Shown here: one piece after another, positions 1 through 14,200 of the stretch | Layout: each line of letters starts with the position of its first letter | Position numbering within the stretch: the stretch's first letter is position 1 | Assembly: GCA_051362555.1 (NCBI GenBank) | Contig: CM120648.1 | Location: 12,272,587-12,336,586 of the forward strand | Origin: Lingula anatina | Lineage: Eukaryota > Animalia > Brachiopoda | Reading direction: 5' to 3' | DNA length: 64,000 nucleotides | The notes under the pieces: generated by a model | What the model saw: the letters and a program-made list of their open reading frames with translations, nothing else | Told to the model about the DNA's origin: nothing | The model's database searches: none | Program-made: the position numbers and the translations under genes

Positions 1-937
1 CCAGTTTGTATCAAAGTTTCACTCTCCTGGAACGATGAATAATAAAAAATAATTCATATTCTAACCACACAAAGGAACATACGTTATTGTCACAAATGCA
101 AAACGTCCATCTGTAGAAACGTTTTACTCACTTTGAAAATCCAACCATCACTGGTTTTGTTCTTTGATTTATCTCCTACGGTGTAAAGAATTATGATAAT
201 CTTCTGTAATTTTTTTTTTTTTTTTTTTTTTTTTTGGGGGGGGGCGACTTTAGATTGCTTGTCACTAGATTTTATATAAAAGGTCGTAAAATAAGCACTG
301 AATAATATTACATCAGAAATGTCAAACTATCATGGAATCACAATATATTTATCAGTCAGCAACAGAAAACACTATTTTATACATGCATTGTAGGCATATT
401 TGGATAACTTAGAACATGCAATACCAAATGACCTATAGAAACTGATTCAATGCGAAATATACTAGAGAAACAAAATTTTACTTTGAACTTAAAGAAAATT
501 AATTGTAGAGAAAGACTTGAACAGGATTGCAGTTTATGTGTCAATTTGTATCTGAAAAAAATCCGCGCTCGGTCCTGGTTGCAACATATAGTAAAAGCTT
601 TTTGGTTTATAATTTGGAGATAAATTCGCCAAATTGTGATAGTTGAGATCTACCATTTCACTTAGATGCCTGATACATCGTTCGGGATGCTATGATACTT
701 TTGAAAATCGCGAGTCTTATCACTTTTGATAGGTGAGATAGCATGGAATGTGTATTTGTGGTAATAAACAGCTTGTCTCCCCGCCACACGCTTACCACTT
801 CTACTTTGAATGGCCTGTGACATTTCTTTTCAGAAAATGCTATTTGAAACCATGTGATGGCATATTATTTTCATATTAAATATGATCTGTAAGTGGCAAA
901 ACCTTGACTTTGCATGTAACTTTTATCATTTTCACAA

Positions 938-987
<50 letters not shown>

Positions 988-2091
988 TTCTATGATGGTC
1001 GTTTTCTTCATTGTTGGATATACATTGGGGCCTAAACCGCCACTTTGTTTGAAAAGGAGAGAAAAAGACGCCCCCATCACAGAGCCACTGACTACAAACA
1101 AAATAACACAGGCTGGATTTGGTTTACGGTTTATTCCACCAATTCTAACATGAAATGACAAATGAATGAAACGATCAGATGCCGGTCATGAATCCTTTAA
1201 CTGAACAGAGTAATAAAAGCACCAACCCAGCAACTAAAAGGTCACAATTTTTTCAAAGAATGAAAATCTCTCGGACTTCTTCCCAAATGCTATTAAAATC
1301 CAGTGTTACAAACGAGTGTGGCAAAAGCACAATGCGTTTACTGATAAAAAAAATCTTCACGATAAATAGTGCAACTGAAACTGTTAAATGGCTGTTCCAG
1401 GTAAAGTGAAATATAAATTTGGTCAACAAAATGGCTACAAAGTATAATATATGAATACTCATCATAGTGTGCACTATATAGTGAAGAGGGCAACTTCTAT
1501 TCAACAATAAATAAAGACATGTTCTACAATAGTATTGATAAACATAACAAGAGGCCTGCAGTATCAAGGTATAATGTTAGTTGATGAACACTCAGTCCAT
1601 GTAACACAAGATATAGTATTTTCAGGGGAAAAATTATCTCAAGGGATTTTTTAATGCTAGGTTGTTAAAGCTGTCATCAACTTTTAAGTTCTATTGCATC
1701 ATTTTGTTTCATACATATTGAACACTGGTGATTCACAGTGTTGTTGTTGTTTTTGAACCAGCACACTTATATAAAGACAACTTTTTCCAGTTCAATTTCA
1801 CATCAAAACAGAACCCAAATTCATATCACAAATTGGCAACTGTTGATAAAAATATTGTGAAATATTCTCAGCCTAATTCCAGAATTTTGTCCCAAATCAA
1901 CTGGTAGGATTTCCATCATAGTTGTCACATATATATATATGATATTTTTTTACATATATTACGATTTGATTCCTTTATTTAGTCCTGAATCTTTATAATC
2001 ACTGTCCATCCAATCCCGTCCTGTCCGTTTGAGTACACATATATACAAGAGATATAATACAAATCAAGTCCTGTTGTGGTCATCGCCCTTT

Positions 2092-3879
<1,788 letters not shown>

Positions 3880-4070
3880 TTAATACTGCTATGCTGAAAG
3901 ATAGTTCCTGGTGTGTCGTTCCTACGAATCCTCTTAATATAGTTTATAAATAACTTGGTCTTTGATTACTGCTGCCAAACAAGTTTTTAAATACACAGTT
4001 CTACGCATCATCCCGTGTAAATTTATTCATCTATCCTACGCATCCGCAAAAATTTTGGCGGAAGAACACA

Positions 4071-4114
4071 TCATGTGACGGCCTGTCAATGTCCAAATAT
4101 AACTGTGACGTCAC
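4071..4114. promoter_or_regulatory. Candidate CLEAR/M-box (TCATGTGAC) and palindromic CRE (GTGACGTCAC) upstream of GABARAP
   Basis: Exact motifs at 4071-4079 and 4105-4114, about 300-340 bp upstream of the GABARAP ATG, in a locally CpG-containing stretch. Confidence 0.45.
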
Positions 4115-5218
4115 TCCATTTGACAAATGATATCTGCCGATACTGCAGCGATTACGTTGCATAAATAATCAAGATAAGACTGATATTAATACATATTAAG
4201 TATGGACCCTTCAGCGCCCCATGAGCATAGATAGTGGCAGCGCCATATATTTATGAATCCCGTTTTCAAATTTCTTAATCTTGAATTTGCACTTTCAGTA
4301 TATTCTAATATTAAGTGTTTATAATCCCTTTTTCGTCAGATGTTGAGGATTTGTGAACTGGAATTCCTTCAGAATTGTTATACTGGGGTGAAATATAACG
4401 TGCATGACATGATTAATATATTTTGACATTTATTTTTCTCAGAGAAAATATATGTTTCTTCAGATGAAAATACTGCAACAACTACAGAATTTTATCAAGT
4501 GGTGTTTTATTACACTTTTATAATTGGGCTCAAAATTGGTTTTATAGTGGTACAATCAATATATGAGCAATACCACCATGTCAAATTCACTAGTTAGTTT
4601 TAACTTCAAAATCAATTGAAATGCCATAGGTATAGTTATGTAAGCAGCTTCACTTCTTGCACTCCTCTTTAAAAGTTTAAGGCAAAAAAATTAAGTTTTC
4701 TTGTAGTGTCAACTACTTACTTCAGTTGCCATGTATTATGTATACCATAACTAAATCTGTTGAAGAAATCTGGATCTACAACCCTGTTTTGTGTTTCAAA
4801 TTTCTTACATAAGAGTTATGCTAGCTCTTAATCCACATTCAGTTCTTATTCAATCCAGTCATTTGTGACATCTCATCAATTCTATGATCCCACGTCAATT
4901 CCAGTCAGGAATCCAAATTTTCTAAAAATTAAAATTCACTGAAATCAGCGAATTTTCAGAATCATTACTTGCAGAGAAGTGACAGTTCTCTCCTAACAAT
5001 GACCATGCCAATGCCATAAATGATATAAACATGTTTAACTACTGTTCAATATTTCTGCTTAGATTCCAAGACCCTGGTGATTGAAAGGGACAGTAGATAA
5101 ACTGTTTTTGGCACAATGGGTAACAGAGAAATAAAATTCCCTGAAGTCAAAAAATCCTTCAAATAATCCAATCCCTGAGGACCTCTTCAAATGTCCCTCT
5201 CTGTTGTCATGGTGATGG

Positions 5219-6266
5219 TCACATGATCTCAGGCTGCTGGTCCACTTCTATTGACACCAGATGGCGCCCTGGCACCATAGCGAGACCCAGGACCCGTGGA
5301 TCTTCTTGTTCGCCACTCTCTGAAATGTTAATGAGATATATGTTACTGAGGAACACATTACTTTACACTGTTAGCAGGGCATATCGCGGTGAGAATGTTT
5401 AAAATACATCTCTAAACCAAACTTAAACCTTTTGATCATTTTATGCAATATATCTCACTTTTTAAAGATTATCATTAATGGTTATTCAAAGATAAATGAT
5501 TTTAAACTGGAATCATAATGACTATAATTATTCAACAACAAAAAGAAACTGTAAAAATAAGTTCTTATTACTTTTTTTCATTATTATATTTATTTATGAT
5601 TTTTCCTTGTGCAAAAACGTGCCTTAGCATGGTAGTTGTATTGCATAAATTTCAGGTTACTGAGCACAAGCTTACAGCCAACCTGGTTAAACTTAGAATG
5701 ATGTGAGAAAATGTTATTCATCACTGGCTGCTAGGTGGTATGGCCACTATAATTCTTTGCTTGTGTTCAGTAACCTTCTTATATTCCACATTTACCTGGA
5801 AGTTTTAAGTATTCCTGACAAGACCCCAAGATGACATTCTTATCCTTGTCTGTGCAGAGAAATACCCCTGATGAAAGAAAATAAGAATTATTATTCCAAC
5901 TTTTTTTCGACGTAAAAGATAAGAATATAAAATAAAAAATGAATTAGGCTTCAAATATTCATGAGGCTTTTTTTCGGAAAACGTCTAAATGTGATCTTAT
6001 ACTTACCAACAAGCGTTCGACCATCAGTCATTCTTATCCTCATGGTTTTATTTAACCATCCTTCAAGTTTCTTACGTCCTGCAGACTTTTCTTCTTCGGC
6101 TTCAGATATGTTCTGGAACACAAACAATTTCAGATTTAAGCTCTACATATGGGATTCATTTCAGAAACCTGAGTCCAAATTTTCAAATCTGTATCTTTAA
6201 ACATAACATTCAAGCACAAAACTTTTAAATATTCTCCACATTTCCTACCTTCGACTCGCCAGCCAT
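5219..6266 (-). CDS. NAA38: N-alpha-acetyltransferase 38, NatC auxiliary subunit (LSMD1, Sm-like fold), 98 aa, 4 coding exons
   Basis: Exons 6249-6266 (MAGESK), 6007-6112 ([36 protein letters not shown]), 5796-5867 ([23 protein letters not shown]) and 5219-5319 ([33 protein letters not shown]). Phases are consistent and the total is 297 nt. The [17 protein letters not shown] and [11 protein letters not shown] motifs are characteristic of NAA38. Confidence 0.95.
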
Positions 6267-6372
6267 AGTTGGCCACCGATACTACCGCATGCGCAGAAGA
6301 TACTTCCGCTGTACGTCATAGCAACAATACACAACCTGCGAGGAGAAGGTGAAGCCGTGTACATTTTCTAAA
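6267..6372. promoter_or_regulatory. 106-bp bidirectional promoter and 5' UTR region shared by NAA38 and CYB5D1
   Basis: Divergent ATGs at 6266 (-) and 6373 (+). CpG-rich, with NRF1-like CGCATGCGCA (6286-6295), ETS-like CTTCCG (6303-6308) and RFX X-box half-site CATAGCAAC (6317-6325). Confidence 0.75.
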
Positions 6373-7926
6373 ATGGGTCGTTTTAAGTATTACACACCAA
6401 ATGAGGTTGCAGTACACAACACGTTGGAAGATCTGTGGGTTTCTTTCTTGGGAAAAGTCTACGATTTAACGTCACTTTGCGAAAAATATAAAGGTAAGTC
6501 GGATTGGGTTAGTACTTTTTTCTGCTATCCTCTCTACAGTATGTATGAAATTATGAATCTGGTTGTATTAATGTATTTAAATTCAGTTTCCTAATATGCC
6601 ACTTAAAATCTTATCTGAGGCACGAAAAATAACTTTTGAAAACTAAAACATCTTATGACAACCGAGTTCAATCTCAGATTTTATCTGTGTCAAGTACTGC
6701 GATAAAAGCTACTGCTTTGCCTAACTCTTCGCCAGACAAAATTGAAAATTGAAATTAATTGTGAATGTGAGTGATTGAAATGCAAGTTAATTTGGTTTGT
6801 CGGTCATCTTGCTAATAATACATATAAAGGACCCATTTCAATCTCTAGGTCAAATATTACTGAAGCCAATTATAGAAGCGGCAGGAAAAGATATTTCACA
6901 TTGGTTTAATCCTAAAACAAAGGATGTAAGTATGTTTTACAACAAGTATAATTTTCTAAAATTTACAGTAGCACATAATTTTTGTAACATTGTGCACCAT
7001 TTGCATATGTTGGAATCAATATGGTAATGTAACTTCTTGCAAAATATTGAATATATTTTATATATAATTTTTAAAAGAAAAAAAGAATTCCATTCCCAAT
7101 TTTATCATCATTTAGTGATATTATTATCATTATTATTATTATTATTGCAGATTCGCACACATGCTGATCCAATCACAGGATGCCTGGTTCCCTACACTCC
7201 TCATGGTCGCTTCATACACATTCCTCCGCCATGTCCGGCCACTGATTGGGCTAACGACTTTGGGAGGCCGTGGTGGAAAGACGAGACATACTGTGTAGGA
7301 ATTCTCTCAAAGAAAACCCGATTTGTTAAAATCATCAATACATTAACATCACAGGAACAAACTATTGAGGTATGCAATGTTCAATGTTTAAAGTTCTTTG
7401 AAAAGTTAAATCAGTTTTGAATACAGTGTGTAAGTGAACTTTACATTTTTTTGCAGTTTGGATAAATAACTTTAACATTATTCTCATAAGCACTTAAAGA
7501 CACAAGTATGCTTTTGCAATACTTGGAATCAATTTTTAAAACTTATTTCAATCCCCCCCCAAGAAAAAAAAGCTTTGATAATCCAGAAAAAAAGCACTAG
7601 TAGTCTTATAGCCCGTAGTACATGCAAGTAAATTTTTTAAAATGTACCATCAAACATTTTTTGAAAAATTCACTAGAAAAAAATCAATTTCTCAGGTTTG
7701 CACAGAGGAAATCATGCAGGAAATTCTGACGCGCTACCTGACGTATAACGCACATGCCGCCAGCTACACGTGGAAGTACGACGGCAGGAATCTGGAGATG
7801 GACAAGACTCTGGAGGAAAACGGCATCAATGACGAAGACGAGGAATTCTATCAGCTGAGGATGAATGATGACACCTATCTTCAAGCCATTCATTTGTACT
7901 TCAATGATGATTTAACTGAGGCATGA
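6373..7926 (+). CDS. CYB5D1: Cytochrome b5 domain-containing protein 1, 215 aa, 4 coding exons
   Basis: Exons 6373-6493, 6849-6925, 7151-7369 and 7696-7926 (648 nt). Motifs [45 protein letters not shown] and the C-terminal [10 protein letters not shown]. Confidence 0.96.
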
Positions 7927-9058
7927 GAGAAATTTGAGGAAAAAAAATGATGGATGCTTTGTTGACAAACAATTCTAGAAAATTTTTCTAGCAGGAATGT
8001 ATGTTTTCTGTGGCATTATTTTCAAGCCTTGGTATATATTGCTATGGCAACTGTACACACAGCGAAATAACTTTGTAAACAGGCACTCGAGGCATTAAAA
8101 AGTTTTTTGCCAGTGGAAATTTTTTCGGAGAAGTGCAAAATAATGACCATGAATTTACCATCTCCAAAAACTTGCCTTATTTTCAGTGATGAGGAATAGA
8201 TGTTTTTTTATGTGTGGTCTGTTGACAGTATCAACAGCAACAACAACTAATGATTCATTTTGTCCTTGAGACTTATGAAAGCTCAGCCAACACCTCTGAA
8301 GGATCGTGCAAAATTATCTGATGCTGGTATCATGTTGTTTACATAATATCTTTTACAACCTTTACAATTTTGATGAAAACAATAAGGATGTTGTTATAAT
8401 ATACATTTAAGAATTTCACCTAATCAAATTTTTGGAACACCTTATGTTTCAAACCATTTAAAAATACAAATATTTTACTGTTCTGTAAATTCATTGTTAG
8501 TTCTGTGATGATTCTACAAAACTAAAAATTAGTCAGGAATGAAGTTTCACAAGGTCCGAAAGTGTATATATAGTAACATAACCAGACTTTGATAAGAACT
8601 GTAAAACAAGATAATTCTTGACATAAAAAAATGTTTTATAAAAAGAAAAACATTTCAAGTTGTAAGATAAATCACTGACATGTGTCAGTGCTGTTCTTTG
8701 TGTATACACATTTTGTAAATAAATTGATCATTCTTCATGCATTGTTATCTCCCTCCACTCTCTGTACTTTCTTTGTCAGCAGTGGCAGATCTTGACAATG
8801 TTCTCTCAAAACTTAAACTGAATTAAGTGAAATGTGACCAATTTACACCAAAGTCGGTCTTCTTTACAACTAATTTGGACAGGACCTGTTTATTTTGCTC
8901 TTTTAAAATGCAAGGCTTTCCAAGACAACATTACCCATGGTATACCTTTTTAATATGTTAAACAAATACATTTAAAACAAGAATTACAAAGTTTAACCAT
9001 AAGAACCCAGCATTAGACCAGAACTCGTAGGGGCATGAAATCCTGGGCTGGGTTGTAT

Positions 9059-9079
9059 CATAGAAGCTCTACTTCTATG
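9059..9079. mobile_element. 21-bp palindromic micro-insertion (CATAGAAG-CTCTA-CTTCTATG) with 7-bp TSD GTTGTAT
   Basis: TSD at 9052-9058 and 9080-9086. An uninterrupted copy of the host unit (GGGTTGCATGAAAGCCGTATA) lies at about 9148-9168. Confidence 0.65.
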
Positions 9080-9433
9080 GTTGTATGAAAGCCGTATAGC
9101 ACTATACGCTGGATAAATCAGCCGCGTAACTTATACGGTTCTTATACGGGTTGCATGAAAGCCGTATAACTTTATACGGCGGATAAAAATTTTTTTTCTT
9201 CCAAAATTGTCAAAAAATTATTTTTCTTATGATTTAGTATGCTGTTCCTTTACAGGTAATCAAATATAAAGAAAATAATTAGAATGTGAAAAATTCATAA
9301 TTTAAGTTAATCTGCTTTTAAATTTGTATTCTCAAAAGCTTGAATTGAACCACAAGATCTTTAATATCAGAAAAAAAATGCCAAAGTAACAAACAAACAC
9401 AAAGACCAATATAAATTTCCATTTTAATTCTCA

Positions 9434-9439
9434 TTTATT
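9434..9439 (-). promoter_or_regulatory. Probable eIF4G polyadenylation signal (AATAAA), implying a 3' UTR of about 1.3 kb
   Basis: TTTATT on the + strand, about 1.28 kb past the stop and followed on - by a U/GU-rich tract. Other sites are possible. Confidence 0.5.
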
Positions 9440-10718
9440 TACACAGCTCCGTTTTGCACAAGGGTTTCACCCACCCAGTAGGCAGCTCCAGGTCAGAGGT
9501 CAAGGTCATACTACGCTCAAGGTCACTAAGTTTGCACATTAATTATGTCACATTGGATATCCAGTGAATTGGTATACATCCCCATATTGCTTTGTTGAAG
9601 TCCAGGGGTGTGACAATCTTTTATTTCTTTGTGTAATCTTCTCTTTTGTTGTTTATTTGCAAGACATTCTCCATAAGGAATTCACTTGAAAATGGTGAAG
9701 GAAAAATTTCTTCCTCTCCCATTTGGCTCGTAACTTGAGCAGATTTCTATCAACACAACTGGTAATTTGCCTGTAGCGGACACCCACGAAGGCTACATCA
9801 ATTATATATACGCCCAATACTGGGGGTCAAATAGGCATTAAACCTCAGCTGCTGCAAGACAACAATGGCAGCCATCTTGAAAATGATAGTTAAACTAATA
9901 TACGGAATTGTCCTTAATTACTAGCTTAAACATCACCTGCTAGTTGCACCACTCGCATCCTGCAATGCCATTCCAATAAATTACTAGGCACATGAGGCGT
10001 CTATGTACCTGAATTTCTTAAATTTAGTTGTATCATAATTTATCACATTCAATTTTTACACCCTCCCCAAGGTTTTTTTTAAAACCTTCAGAGGATCAAC
10101 AACATTATATATGCGTGTGTATATATATAAAGTTTTTCGTTTTTCAATTTTTTTTTGTCTCTGGATTATCCATAAGTTTTTGTTATAGAGTGAAAAAAGC
10201 CCTTAACCTCGTAAAAAATGGAAATTGCAACAATGTCGAGTCAGTCAGACTCAATTTTGTGTAGCAAAAAGAAAATGTTTGATGCATACACAACAATCAT
10301 CCTTTGAACATTTAATGCCCAGTGTCTGTGACATGATCTTCACAAACCTTGGGAATAAATATATATATATATATATATATATGTCTATATACCATATGAA
10401 ACGAATGCGTCACCTGGAGAGAATAGCACCATGTTGCCACAAATAGTTTTTGACTCTAGAATCGATGAAGTATCTCCTTATTTTGTAATCCAAGTTTACG
10501 GGACGCTGCGTGAAGTAATGCACAAGGAATCTGGGGTTTTTTGACATCGGCGCTCTCAGTGTCACATCTTGGGTCCTCGCCAGAGTCCCATTGAATGGAA
10601 GCAGTAGTCATAGTAACACATAAATGAATACACTGATCATACGGCGCTGAATTACAAAGACCGTCATCAACAGAGATGCAGAATTTTATAAATCCTCTAA
10701 GTTTTTTTCTCCCTCTCA

Positions 10719-11172
10719 TTAATCTGCTTCTGCTGTATCAGCGTCAGTGTTCCTTAACCAAGTAAAGAATTGTACCACAGATTTTTGTGCCACGCCTTTG
10801 CCTTCCTGCTCCCCGGGGTCCGAACTGCTATCCCACTGGTTAAACGCGTCTTCTGATATCACATCTTCATCGTAGAGTTTATCAAAAAATCTTTGAAGCA
10901 TCACTGGAAATAAGACGGAATAAAATGAGGTTAGAGAATGAGAAAATGATGGGAAATTAACACTGGTGAAAGACCCAGAAATGACACAGGTAAATTTCCT
11001 TGGGAAATTATTTACATGTGATAGTACCAATATCAAGGTAGGAAGTGCAATTCAATGACATATTAGTAATTTGTTGCATAAAATTATGCTGCAAACCTGC
11101 TCTTCCTCAACATGTATTAATCTTAAGAGCTCTGTCCAAAAATCAATTTGTTTTCATATAAATTAACTTAAA

Positions 11173-11238
<66 letters not shown>

Positions 11239-14200
11239 TCTGTATTATTCAGTGTACTCACTGGGAGGGTGTTCTAAAGAGTGAACTAAAGCTTGGAGTG
11301 CAAACAGGGCCTGAAGCTCGAGCTCCGCCTCGTTGTCTAAATACTTGGTCAGTAATAATGCACGCTTGGCAATCTCGCTCTCATTCACCGTGGCATGGGA
11401 GCCAGTTCCTGAAATGATTTTTATCAGAAGACGCAATTATATAATTCAATCTGGATATTTTTTATGACTTGATACATAATGATTGAAATACATAAACCAG
11501 ACAGATCTCCCAACAGCACAGATATTCTGCTTAGGAAAAAAGGGGGGAAAAAAATCTTAGTAATAATATGAGAGCCATAACATGCATCCTTCTTAAGAAG
11601 AAAAACCTTTCATAACTTTATAAAATCACAATATCAGTCTTTTCTGAAAGGACTCGATTACTATATAAAAGTCAAATGTATATGTATGTGTTGAAGGAGA
11701 AATGCCCGCGGCTGCCTTACCTTGTATTGCACTTTGGCAGACTGCTGTCATTAACACTCGGATAAACTGGGGGTTCTTGGTTTCTGACTCTGGGACTTTG
11801 GCCTGAAAAATACAAATACACTTTCCATCAACTTTCACGGAGTCTAGTTGCAAATCTAATTGAGTAAGAAAAAGCAGCTGTCATCTAGGTTCCACTGGGG
11901 ATAATACACCTCACATACTGCAGTGCCATCTATATGAAATCCTTTGCCCTGATATCCTCAAAACACTTCATTTTGAGAATAACAGCCGAATGAGAAAAAA
12001 ATCTTAATCAAATATAAAGAACAACATCCATCTTTACACAAACAGGCCTTCCCAACTACCAGACTCGGCACCTACGGGTCCAGAATAAACCGGTATATCT
12101 GACCACACTACCCGTTTTCAACGTGTGTGTCAGATCGCATAAAAGAGTATCATACCCTATCACAAATTCTGTAAGCCTACCTGTCAGCCGGGTATCGCGC
12201 CTCGTTTTTGTCAAGTAGGAGTCACATGAATACAACAGACGACTCCCTCAATCAGGGGGTGGAAACGGGCTACTTATATGATTAAGACGAGCCTAGCCGT
12301 CAGTACCGGTTATTGTTTTGTGACCTTGAAGAGCAATTAGGTTTGGTCGTTGCGGCACGCATCAACAGTAGTTGAACTACCACACCTGGGTCTTTTGTTT
12401 TTGACAACTGTTCACTCGTCATCGAGGCGCTTGTTCAAGACTACAGGCTGATATCTACTAGTACTACCAGTGGCTTCATTAGTAACGTTCCCACAATACT
12501 TAAGTTTTCTGTCCGTGCGTACAAACCCTGAAAAAGGACAGCCTCGCTGACGAGAACAATGGACGTTTCTCACCCCTCTCTAGGATTACCCCTGCCCTCA
12601 ATCTCGTCCATCCCGGTAGTCACAAAAATATTTAACCCCCGACAGAATATGCTTCTGCTATCAAAATTAGGTATACTTTTCTAAATTAATATATAAGTTT
12701 GCAAGTTCTTATTTACAAAACATCAATGGCTATGTCCGAACCTAAATTTTATGTTAAAAATTGCGGTACTGTCAGATTTGAGCATAAACAGAGAAAATTG
12801 CAGCAGCGCATGAATCTAGATGAGATGCACTACTTTCCAACCCCGCTTAGGATCATTGCTATCACATCGCGCACCAGGCAAAATCGGTGTGGTGGCTGAT
12901 ACTCTGTAATGCGATCTGACACACACCTTGAAAACGGGTAGTGTGGTCTGATAAACCGGTTTATACTGGACCCGTAGGTGCCGAGTCTGGTAGTTGGGAA
13001 GGCCTGACAAAGTAATTCTTCAATATCCATCTATCATACAACAAACTAAGAAGCATAAATAGATGGCGCTGGAGTTGCTCCTACCTCAATCCAATCAATA
13101 ACATCATCATTTTCAGCTTGGCGTTTCAGCAAGATCTCGCTGAGCCCTTCGCGGAGCTGCTCCACTGTGAGTGGTTTCTCTGGCTTGGGCGACTGGACCT
13201 CGGGACTCGTCAGGAACTCCAGTTTGTGCTTCTTCACAAATGCCTCCACGTCGCATCCCTTGGCCAGGAAATCCGTCCACGCCAGACCAGACGCGGCCCA
13301 CAGTTCGCCTATCCTGATGTGACCCTGTTGGGGTTAAAATGTGGACTTTGTTAAAGCAACACTTCATTCAAAAGTTTACATAAAAATTTCAATTAGAGTT
13401 AATTACAGTTAATTACAACATGAAGCAAGGGGCCTGTTCTAGAAATGTACGCAACAAGTTTCATTATGTAACTCTCCTTTTTTTCCCCCTGAAACTTAAC
13501 TTTTGCAAGGCCCAAAAGAACTATGGAAAATTTACAAGTTGCCAACTTTCAAGAATAGGCCTCACACAGAGTCAAGTAACTAGAAGAATCAGCAGTAACT
13601 AAAATACAGAATCGAGATGCCCTATTGGTTTAATTCCATTCATCCTGCAAGAATTTAGGAAATGTCTTGGTTGGCTACTGCAGAGTCTTAAAGTTGTCAC
13701 AATGAAATTAACTAGTGATTAGGCTGTGCCAAGCTCTTGCAAAATTATCAAAGCCACTTTTGAATTATTTCTAATGAATTCTAAAAATATATAAATAAAT
13801 AAATAAATAAATAAAAAATAAATAAATAAAAAAATAAAGATAAAATATAGTTTTACTAAGTTAGAAATTTCAAAATGTAACATACATCAATCTTACTGTC
13901 TCAGCTAAAACAAACTTACAAAAATCCACATGCACCATATTTTACACTAATATTTTAACACAAAAAGCTGACACCATGGCACTGACACAAATTTTCTTTC
14001 TTTATAAAACAAACATATCATGCACTGAGTGCAGTTACTTCAATATGTGGTAATTACTCGTAAATCATTCGTTTTCAAGACAGCAACATCAGTTTTTTGC
14101 CAAAACATGCTTCTTGACATGCATCATATTCCACATATCTACATTTTTAAAATAAATTTTTATTTAGAAAAAGGTCATAGAACAATCTTTAAAAAGTTTT

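Noticed and set aside
871-1567. ORFs at 871-1161, 1179-1409 and 1253-1567
   Set aside because: Microsatellite-driven or compositionally random ORFs in the GABARAP 3' region with no recognisable domain.
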